From the NCBI RefSeq assembly GCF_006345805.1, contig NW_021828206.1, positions 1 to 8,962 on the forward strand: DNA of 8,962 nucleotides. The letters run 5' to 3'. The position numbers and the translations under genes are program-made. The notes below the pieces were generated by a model. That model searched no databases. It was not told the origin of the DNA and saw nothing but the letters and a program-made list of their open reading frames with translations. Position 1 is the stretch's first letter. Every line of letters begins with the position of its first letter. Of the stretch, positions 1 to 7,944 are shown one piece after another. This DNA comes from Octopus sinensis (taxonomy: Eukaryota).

Positions 1-110
1 CCAACATATATATATATACACACATACATATACACACCAACATATATATATATATATATATATAAACATATATGCCCATATATATATGTAAATATATTTA
101 TGTGCGTGTG
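1..110. repeat. Mixed (TA)n/(CA)n/(TG)n microsatellite, possibly the internal microsatellite of a family A SINE whose head lies upstream of the window
   Basis: Alternating dinucleotides lie directly 5' of a family A tail, the same arrangement as in the full copy at 7164-7690. Confidence 0.85.
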
Positions 111-298
111 TCTGTGCTAGTGCCCAATAACACCGCTTGACAGCCGGTGTTGGTGTGTTTATGTCCCTGCAGCATAGCGGTTCAGCAAGAACAGACGGGT
201 AGAATAAGTACTGGGGTCGATTCATTCGATTAAAAGGCAAAGCTGCTGCCCAAGCATGGCCGCAGACTAATGACAGGAACAACTAAAAGAATAAAAGA
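105..298 (+). mobile_element. SINE family A, 3' tail segment (diverged, with an internal ~22-bp deletion)
   Basis: cgcttgacagccggtgttggtgtgtttatgtccc...gaataagtactggggtcgattcattcga...agcatggccgcagactaatgacaggaacaactaaaag aligns by eye to 7500-7685. Confidence 0.85.
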
Positions 299-299
299 T

Positions 300-482
300 T
301 ACATACATATGCATACAGACATATATACATACGCATGCGCACACAGACACATGCGCACATTTATTAATCTATCCATTTACAAATATACACGCACGTGCAT
401 CACATACACATAGATACGAATGTGCGTATGTGAATGTATGTGACTTTGTGAGCCTGGGTGAATATATATGAATGTCGCGTAT
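300..482. repeat. Degenerate CA/TA/TG low-complexity tract
   Basis: acatacatatgcatacagac... followed by tgtgcgtatgtgaatgtatgtg. Confidence 0.6.
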
Positions 483-514
483 ACGTTCCAAGATTTGTGT
501 TTACGTTTCCTGTT

Positions 515-690
515 AAACACTTGAAAACTGGTGATGGTTTGTTTCCGTCCCCCTTAACAAGCATTTTGCCATGAAAATGTCGATAGACGTACTAGAGATA
601 CAAATAAGCACTGAAGCCTAACGTGATCCACTAAAACAATAAAGGCCGGTCCCCAAAAAGGCCGCATTAGAATCAATGCAACAAGTGAAA
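515..690 (+). mobile_element. SINE family A tail, highly diverged old copy
   Basis: cacttgaaaactggtgatggtttgtttccgtcccccttaac resembles cgcttgacaaccgatgctggtgt(g)tttacgtccccgtaac. The end aaggccggtccccaaaaaggccgcattagaatcaatgcaacaagtgaaa resembles aaggcggtgctccagcatggcc...tgactgaaacaagtaaaag, with similar spacing. Confidence 0.6.
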
Positions 691-783
691 CACACATGTA
701 TGCGCGTATGTGGGCACCTGCACGCGTGCGCATGTGCGTGTGTATATGTATGTGTGTGTGTGTGTGTGTGTGTTGTGTGTGTG
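691..783. repeat. Alternating purine-pyrimidine / (TG)n microsatellite
   Basis: Seen directly. Confidence 0.85.
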
Positions 784-1023
784 TTAGGGCTAGTATTAGT
801 TACGGAGATAGATTTATAGAAGACAAAAATATATATATATATTGATAATAATAATGTAGGGAATGGAATATAGGATACAATGTTAACTTCGGGACCTAGA
901 TAGCTATGTAGATAGATACATAAATATATTGTTAAGATAACGAGATAAAGATAAGATAAGACCACGCACGCCAACACATTGACGCACACAAAAGCATTAA
1001 AAGCATACACATGCACCTCATTT

Positions 1024-1160
1024 TATATATGTATATATATATATATACACATACACACAGAATTATACATACATTTATATATATATACACACACACATAT
1101 ATATATACGCATTTGTGTGTGTGTGTGTGTTTGTGTGTGTGTGTATGTGTGTGTGTGTGC
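1024..1160. repeat. Compound (TA)n-(CA)n-(TG)n microsatellite
   Basis: Seen directly. Confidence 0.9.
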
Positions 1161-1278
1161 ACTAGAAACCACTAATCTATCTGACAACCAAGGAATTTAG
1201 TACACGATATACTTATGGAACTAAACCTTAATGCAGAAAACTCTTCACTGTGTCTTCCTCTGAAATACAAACGCGGAA

Positions 1279-1388
1279 ATACACAAACATACACACACAC
1301 ATACACACACGCCTGCACGCAGGCACACACATGTATATAAGTGCACACACTGATGCATATACACTTATCATCACATATGTTCACACAC
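1279..1388. repeat. Degenerate (CA)n tract
   Basis: Seen directly. Confidence 0.7.
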
Positions 1389-1637
1389 AGGAATCAATAA
1401 AAAAATTATTGAATAATGTATTTTAAATGTCAAAATTTTACAACAAATTAAGAAACTGATGACCTTTGACATCTTAGAATGTTTGAACGTTGATCTCTCT
1501 TTAGAGATATGTCTTGATCATACCATTTATAATAATTAAAGCCACTGCTTTAATGTGGACTCCAAACCCGAGGGGAGTGAATGAACAGACCACAAAACTG
1601 GTCTTTGGCTGGATCTCTCCCACAGTCTTTCTCTTTT

Positions 1638-1822
1638 CTCTTTTACTTGTTTCAGTCATTTGGCTGTGGCCATGCTGTGGTACCGCCTTTTAGTCAAGCA
1701 AATCGCCCCCAGGACTTATTCTTTGTAAGCCTAATACTTATTCGATCGGTCTCTTTCGCCGCACCGCTAAGTTACGGGAAGGTAAACACACCAGCATCGG
1801 TTGTCAAGCGATGGTGGGGGGA

Positions 1823-1828
<6 letters not shown>
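1638..1828 (-). mobile_element. SINE family A, 3' tail segment (head absent)
   Basis: ctcttttacttgtttcagtcatttggctgtggccatgctg...caggacttattctttgtaagccta...ccagcatcggttgtcaagcgatggtggggggacaaacac is the reverse complement of 7500-7685 and closely matches 6546-6745. Confidence 0.92.

Positions 1829-1912
<84 letters not shown>
1826..1912. repeat. (CA)n followed by (TA)n microsatellite (position equivalent to the family A internal microsatellite)
   Basis: A long perfect CA run then a TA run abut the family A tail. Confidence 0.95.
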
Positions 1913-1913
<1 letters not shown>

Positions 1914-2084
1914 GGGAGAATTCACAAAAAAAAAGAAAAGACGAGCAGGTAGTGTAGACAACAACAGTTATTAGTATAAAACGCTCGGGAAGTGAAAAGG
2001 TCTTTAATGTTTCGAGCTTACGCTCTTCCACAGAATAACAAGGAGAGAAATAAAGAATGTGTAGTGGCTAGCGATCTATCATGG

Positions 2085-2087
<3 letters not shown>
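1913..2087 (-). mobile_element. Short interspersed insert flanked on both sides by (TA)n; possible Penelope-like retroelement terminal remnant carrying a degenerate hammerhead-like motif
   Basis: Complex sequence with sharp boundaries inside a TA tract. The minus strand reads CTGTGGA-A-GAGC-GTAA-GCTC-GAAAC. The family assignment is inference. Confidence 0.4.
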
Positions 2088-2134
<47 letters not shown>

Positions 2135-2163
2135 TATATATATACAACTTCACATATACATAC
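2087..2163. repeat. (TA)n microsatellite
   Basis: Seen directly. Confidence 0.95.
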
Positions 2164-2164
2164 A

Positions 2165-2510
2165 GGGTGAGTGTGATCCCCTTCAGTCAGGAATTACCAT
2201 GTGATTACACCTAGAAAGTTACCCTCCGAGGCTCAAGTCGGGGCAAAGTTGTTTATGGAAGACCACCAGTCGCTCATGTATACCAACCTTCCCTTTCCAC
2301 GCTACCGATTTTATCCAAGGGAAAGGCAAAAGTCGATACAGTTAGACATCAGTGAATTAGCTGCTCATTTCTACAGCTGAGTAAACTGGAGCAACGTCAA
2401 ATAAAGTGTCTTGATCAAGAACGCAACACGCAGCCCGTTCCGGGAATCGAACTCCCAACCTCACGATCGTAAGTAAGCTCGATGATCTAACCACTGAGCC
2501 ATGGGCCTTC
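2165..2510 (-). mobile_element. tRNA-derived CORE-like SINE (family C), near full length
   Basis: Minus strand: A box TGGCTCAGTGG (2501-2491) and B box GTTCGATTCCC (2452-2442). Then ttcttgatcaagacactttatttgacgttgctccagtttactcagctgtagaaatgag (2430-2364), resembling the CORE domain (ccttgggcaagtcactt...cagtttcctcatctgtaaaatg). The 3' boundary is approximate. Confidence 0.8.
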
Positions 2511-2519
2511 CCGCACCTG

Positions 2520-2800
2520 CACATTTACATATTCATGCATACACACACGCATATGTGTATATGTGCAAATACATATATGCACCATATATCAATATAAGTA
2601 TATTGTGTGTATTATATATATATTATAATATATATATTATATATATATATATATATATAATATATATATGCATATATACATACACACTCACAGACACACA
2701 CGCACGTATATATAAGTACATTCATATATACATATACACAATCAAGCACAAATACGTCACACTATATACATGCGTGTGTCTGTGTGCATGTGTGTATGTG
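2520..2800. repeat. Compound TA/CA/TG microsatellite region
   Basis: Seen directly. Confidence 0.85.
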
Positions 2801-2925
2801 GGTGGGGTTGTGTGCTTGTGGCGCACAGCATAAGTTCCTTTATACAGCTGGTTAGCTTGCAAAGACAAGAATATACGTACATACATACATAGACAAAAAG
2901 AGCCCAAATAAACAATAGACTATTC

Positions 2926-2983
2926 AACAGCGACAGACAGTCATACAGACCAGCCAGGCAGGCAGACGCACAGCCAGTCAGGC
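2926..2983 (+). repeat. Degenerate (NCAG)n tetranucleotide repeat
   Basis: gacagacagtcatacagaccagccaggcaggcagacgcacagccagtcaggc. Confidence 0.65.
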
Positions 2984-3069
2984 AATCTACGTTTAGAAGA
3001 ACGAAAGAGTGTGGCGTTTGAGTTTGAAGTAAATCTGTGCATGCGTTACTGGTAAAGTTAATGGAAACG

Positions 3070-3117
3070 AGCAGTAGCAGCAGCAGCAGCAGTAGCAACA
3101 GCAACAGCAGCAACAAC
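3070..3117 (+). repeat. Imperfect (AGC/AGT/AAC)n trinucleotide repeat
   Basis: agcagtagcagcagcagcagcagtagcaacagcaacagcagcaacaac. Confidence 0.9.
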
Positions 3118-3489
3118 GGGTGCAATAAGGAGTGGGGTTGGGAGCAGCAACTGCAACCGCTACTGCTGCAGAGCAACAGGGTTAGAAGGGTATAAATAAT
3201 AGAGCAAAGGAAAAAAAAAAGTGCACTCCAGCTGTGCAGTTGCAAATGTAGAGACACTTTGACATATCGCAGATTATAAATAAACTCGATATAAACACAC
3301 AATCCCCGCAACACGCACATAAATATATACACCAACGCACACAAACACACACATACACAGACATAAACACACACAAACACACATTCGTATTATCCGACCA
3401 AGTTAGTTTAACATGAAAACAGTGTTATATATCAATTAATACTTGTATATATCAGTTGATATACATACACATACACAATATATATATAT

Positions 3490-3492
3490 TGT

Positions 3493-3541
<49 letters not shown>

Positions 3542-3550
3542 TGTGTGTGT
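3490..3550. repeat. (TG)n microsatellite
   Basis: Seen directly. Confidence 0.95.
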
Positions 3551-3553
3551 TGT

Positions 3554-3785
3554 CTTTCTTTTAGTCGTTTCAATCATTTGTCTACGGCCATGCCGGAGCA
3601 CCGCCTTGAAAGGTTTTACTCGAACAACTCGACCGCAGGACTTATTAGTTTAATCCTAGTACTTATTCTATCGGCCTGTTTTGTAAAGCCGCTAAGTTAC
3701 GGGGACGTAAATACTCCAAAGCCGGTTGTCAAGCGGAGATGTGGAGGGGGGGGGGGCAAACGCAGACATACAGATAAGATATATA

Positions 3786-3824
<39 letters not shown>

Positions 3825-3970
3825 ACAGGCCTCCATTTTATATTAAATTCACTCACAGGGCTTTGGTCGGCCCCTGGTTATAGTAGAAGACACTTGCCCA
3901 AGGTGCCACGTAGTACGACTGAACCCAAGCCTACGTGATTGGGAAACAAGCTTATTACCACACAGCTACG
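3554..3970 (-). mobile_element. SINE family A, near full-length diverged copy (head + CORE-like segment + internal TA tract + tail)
   Basis: The minus-strand head gtagctgtgtggtaataagcttg...gggttcagtcgtactacgtggcaccttgggcaagtgtcttctactata matches 7172-7262. The TA tract is at 3779-3820 and the tail (3554-3765) matches the other copies. Confidence 0.9.
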
Positions 3971-4096
3971 TATGTATATAACAATTTCATCTGGGTGTTC
4001 TGCAGTTTACTCTATGAAGCTCATCTACCGGGCTAGGCTATCAGACAGGTAGTAATCCGAAGTGCTGCTTACTTTATTTACCGTGGTTATAATCAC

Positions 4097-4171
4097 AGAC
4101 ACACACACACACACATGAGTATTGCTGTATATACACATTACGTACGTGTGTGTGAGTGTGTGTGTGTGTGT
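4097..4171. repeat. (CA)n ... (TG)n convergent microsatellite pair
   Basis: CA run at 4099-4114 and TG run at 4146-4171. Confidence 0.85.
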
Positions 4172-4305
4172 AAGTTTGCTTTTGCCTAGCAGTGATATGT
4201 AACAATAAAATTGCAGCACTGTATAAATTGCCAGGAAGGCAGAAATGTGACTTAAGGACTTAGTGTTTCCTGGATATCAACTTCAGAGGTGCTATGCGAA
4301 AAAAC

Positions 4306-4337
4306 TAATAATGGTGATAATGATGATAATAATAATA

Positions 4338-4391
<54 letters not shown>
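4306..4391 (+). repeat. (AAT)n microsatellite with a GAT/GGT-variant 5' flank
   Basis: Seen directly. Confidence 0.95.
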
Positions 4392-4435
4392 TGTTATGCA
4401 TGCTTGTATGTGAATATATTTACAAATACACATCC

Positions 4436-4780
4436 ATATATATATATATATTATATATATATATACACACACACATATATACACATATATACTCACATAT
4501 ATATATACACATATATATACACACATATATATATACACACATATATATACATATATATATATATATGTATTATATACAAACACATCTATATGAGTGTGTG
4601 TTTGTGTGCATACAAAATATATACATATATACATTTCTAGTAATATGAATGTAATCATTATTCTTTCATGTCCGGTTTATACGTTGGCACATACACACGC
4701 ACAGACACGTGCGCATGTACACACACACACACACACATACATACGCATGCTGGCACACACACAGCCATCTACACACATAT
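4436..4780. repeat. Compound TA/CA microsatellite region
   Basis: Repeating atatatacacacat-type units followed by CA runs. Confidence 0.85.
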
Positions 4781-5098
4781 TCCATACTGTGCAGACCTTG
4801 GAGATTTCATTGCTATTTCTTGGAAGGAGGCGGTGTATTATTGTCTCGTAGATTGTGGTGTTTCTTAGTCTCCTGCCAGCCCTTATAGATTAGATTTAAG
4901 AGAAGAAAATATTCCAAGCCGTGACCCCCACCCCTCCACTTGAAGATGCAAAGTTGTAGTGGATAGAAGTTTGTATGTTCTCTCCAACAGTTCGGCACAT
5001 AGTTATTGTTGCTGTTAGGATTTTGTTCTTGCTATAAAGTAGAGGAAGTCATGGAAGCAACAGACAAATATCAAAGAGAGAAAACGAACAGAGAGAAA

Positions 5099-5321
5099 GG
5101 AGGAAGGAAGGAAGGAAGGAAGGAAGGAAGACGAAAAAAAGGAAAAAAAAAAGAAGAAAAAGAATTAAGACAGAAAGAAAGAATGAAGAAGAAACAGAAG
5201 AAGCAGGAGAAGAAGGAGAAGAAGAAGAAGAAGAAGAAGAAGAAGAAGAAGAAGAAGAAGAAGCAGAAGAAGCAGGAGAAGAAGGAGAAGAAGAAGAAGA
5301 GAAGAAGAAGAAGAAGAGGAA

Positions 5322-5356
<35 letters not shown>

Positions 5357-5452
5357 AGAAGCAGGAGAAGCAGAAGAAGAAGCAGAAGAAGGAGAAAAAA
5401 AAAGAAGAAGAAGAAGAAGAAGAAGAAGAAGAAGAAGAAGAAGAAGAAGAAG
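5099..5452 (+). repeat. Polypurine tract: (GGAA)n then a long imperfect (GAA)n
   Basis: GGAA repeats at ~5102-5130; GAA repeats at 5185-5452 with GCA/GGA interruptions. Confidence 0.95.
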
Positions 5453-5519
5453 ATTAATGACACCAAGGTGTTTTTGAAGACCCTTCAAATTTACTGTAAA
5501 TATAAACATACAAGCTAGA

Positions 5520-5575
5520 AAAAATATAAATAGAAATAAATAAATAAAATAGATAAATAAATAGAAATAAAAAAA
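5520..5575 (+). repeat. Degenerate (AAAT)n / A-rich tract
   Basis: aaatagaaataaataaataaaatagataaataaatagaaataa. Confidence 0.7.
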
Positions 5576-5852
5576 CAAAAGGTGAAATTTAAAAAAAAAG
5601 TAAAGCAGGTTCAAGGAAGGTAAGCATGAGTATAGGAGAGGGAGAAAAAAAATCTGTGTAGCAGAATGATAAAGGAAGTAGCAGAATAAGAGAAATGGGT
5701 AGAGGAGAAATTGAGGTGTTATAAAGAGAGTAAATGAAGTTGAGTAAAGTTGAAGATCGCGTGTGTATCATAAAGTCAACCATATTTACTCTCGCACATT
5801 CAAATATACACATTGATAATGATGAAGACACACGTACATATACCTACATTAG

Positions 5853-6214
5853 ACACACATTTACACACACACATGCATATATATACATATATATATATAT
5901 ACATATATATACACACACACACACATATATATATATACATACAAATATATATATATATACATATATGTATGTATGTACATATATATATATATATATATGC
6001 AAAGATATATATATACACACATATATATATACACACAGAAACACACATATATATATATATATATATATACATAAAAATACACACATATATATATGATTAT
6101 GATTTTGTAGATATGTGTGTATGTATGTATGTATGTATGTATGTATAAATGTGTGGTGTGTATAAATGTGTGGTGTGTGTGCACACGTGTAAGTATATAT
6201 ATACATATATATAT
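5853..6214. repeat. Long compound TA/CA microsatellite with (ATGT)n and a 17-bp tandem duplication
   Basis: Seen directly; tgtataaatgtgtggtg occurs twice in tandem at 6142-6175. Confidence 0.9.
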
Positions 6215-6350
6215 TACTGTCCTGCGAACATTTTTGAGTCGCTGACGTGATACGCAGGCGTGTCCCGAGCACTATTAACTTGGGACAGCCCATCTCTTTC
6301 CAGTGTAAACACTGGATTTCTTATTGAGCACAAGACAAACAAAAGAATAA

Positions 6351-6496
6351 TCAGCACCAGTACTTGACTGGTACCTATCGTCCCCGATTGGGAGAAAAGT
6401 AAATTTTCCGCAACGGGACTTGAAAACTTAGCTTAATGAGTCGGATCGAAAACGCTAAGCACTTTGTCCAATGCTGTAATGACTCAGCTACGTCGC
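6351..6496 (-). mobile_element. SINE family B, old diverged copy
   Basis: Minus strand ...ggacaaagtgcttagcgttttcgatccgactc...ttcaagtcccg...tcggggacgataggtaccagtcaagtactggtg is colinear with 7975-8100 (ggcgaaatgctttgcggtatatcgtc...ttcaaattccg...tcggggttgattaaataaataccagttacgcactgggg). Confidence 0.6.
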
Positions 6497-6545
6497 GCTG
6501 TACGTACATATACATGGATACACGAACATGTTATTGATGTTGTGT

Positions 6546-6765
6546 ACTCTTTTACTGGTTTCAATCATTTGACTGTGGCCATGCTGGTGCACCGCCTTTA
6601 GTCGAGCAAATCGACTCCAGGACTTATTATTTGTAAGCCTAGTACTTATTCTATAGGTCTCTTTTGCCGAACCGCTAAGTTACGGTGACGTAAACGCACC
6701 AGCATCGGTTGTCAAGCGATATTGAGGGGGCAAACGTAGACACACAAACATATATATATAGATAC

Positions 6766-6816
<51 letters not shown>

Positions 6817-6875
6817 TACGACGGACTTCTTTCAGTTTCCGTCTACCAAATCCACCCACAAAGCTTTGGTCGACC
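6546..6875 (-). mobile_element. SINE family A, 5'-truncated copy (lacks the tRNA head; retains the pre-microsatellite segment, TA tract and tail)
   Basis: Tail at 6546-6745 and TA tract at 6750-6818. cgacggacttctttcagtttccgtctaccaaatccacccacaaagctttggtcgacc is the reverse complement of 7270-7325; similarity stops at about 6875. Confidence 0.92.
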
Positions 6876-7163
6876 TGTGGTTCGTAAGCAAGTTACTTAC
6901 CACTAAAACTTTATAAACATTTGAAAGAAGGCGAAAAATTATTCTTTTTAGAAACATTGGATCTCGATGCACATGTCTATTTTATATTTACGTAGTATTA
7001 TTTATAGCTGTATGTGTTTCGAATGCCCTTGTTCCAGCAAGGAATGTGCGTGTGTATGTATGCATGTATGTATGAATGCATAAACATGAATGTACATATA
7101 TGACAAGTTTGCAAGCATAGATTGTCGCAGGTACAGAAGTGAAGTCAATCACTTGTTTTCTGA

Positions 7164-7323
7164 GGCTAAGGAGTGGCTGTGTGGCAAGAAGCTGCCTTCA
7201 CAACCACATGGTTCCAGGTTCAGTCCCACTGCGTGGCACCTTGGGCAAGTTTCTTCTGCTATAACCTTGGGCCAACCAAAGCCTTGTGAGTGGATTAAGT
7301 AAACGGTAACTAAAGAAGCCCGT

Positions 7324-7363
<40 letters not shown>

Positions 7364-7412
7364 TATATATATATATATACGACTGGCCTCTATATATATA
7401 TACGACGGGCTT

Positions 7413-7460
<48 letters not shown>

Positions 7461-7690
7461 ATACGACGGGCTTATATATATATATATGTATGTATGTGTG
7501 TGTTTGTCCCCCACAATCGCTTGAAACCGATGTGTTTACGTCCCCGTCACTTAGTGGTTCGGCAAAAAGAGACTGATGGAATAAGTGCTAGACTTACAAT
7601 GAATAAGTCCTGGGGTCGATTTATTCGACTAAAAGTGGTGCTCCAGCATGACAGCAGTCAAATGACTGAAACAAGTAAAGGAATAAAATA
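7164..7690 (+). mobile_element. SINE family A, full-length copy
   Basis: A-box-like TGGCTGTGTGG at 7174-7184, B-box-like GGTTCAGTCCC at 7217-7227, CORE-like ccttgggcaagt at 7239-7250, internal TA/TG tract at 7326-7502, and a tail ending gactgaaacaagtaaaggaataaa. Confidence 0.92.
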
Positions 7691-7944
7691 ATCCTGTGGC
7701 AACTACAGACGCCTTTAGTATACGTTTATATTTATTTTAATTCGAAAATACGCACTCCTCGTTGATTGAATTTTATACATATTTATACAAAGATGAGGTC
7801 AAATGCTTACTGATTAATTATATTCGATGACTAAGGGATTAAACGTATAGATTTAAATTATGGTTTCCATCTGAGGTAATTCCTATACCGAAATCCATTA
7901 CACAGCAAAATGGATTGAATGAACGAACTATTATTCTTATACAA

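Noticed and set aside
1427-1472. CTGATGA motif inside an 8-bp inverted repeat (atgtcaaa/tttgacat), suggesting a hammerhead or C/D box
   Set aside because: No stem II followed by GAAA downstream and no properly placed D box; plausible by chance in AT-rich DNA.
1581-1952. ORF sharing peptide motifs (PLSYG..NTP..VVKR) with ORF 3443-3883
   Set aside because: The similarity comes from the same SINE tail read antisense, not from a protein family.
2440-2510. Possible minus-strand tRNA gene
   Set aside because: No cloverleaf, an apparent small duplication (aagtaag) in the anticodon region, and it is followed by a CORE-like segment.
4971-4990. Splice-acceptor-like ttgtatgttctctccaacag
   Set aside because: No convincing downstream exon or donor; such motifs are common by chance.
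5006-5518. 170-aa Lys/Arg/Glu-rich ORF and the antisense poly-Phe/Leu/Ser ORFs
   Set aside because: These are translations of the (GAA)n tract, which lacks stops in most frames; the start is not ATG and there is no domain signal.
618-6293. Many ORFs rich in YI/HT/CV dipeptides or poly-N/poly-I
   Set aside because: Read-through of TA, CA, TG and AAT microsatellites.
7378-7473. Short repeats separated by spacers, superficially CRISPR-like
   Set aside because: The repeats are only 12 bp, the spacers are pure TA, the context is eukaryotic, and there are no cas genes.
7151-7676. acttgttt upstream of the family A copy is complementary to aaacaagt at its 3' end, suggesting terminal inverted repeats
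   Set aside because: Only 8 bp, lies outside the element, and is not seen flanking the 3554-3970 copy; Pol III boxes favour a SINE over a MITE.
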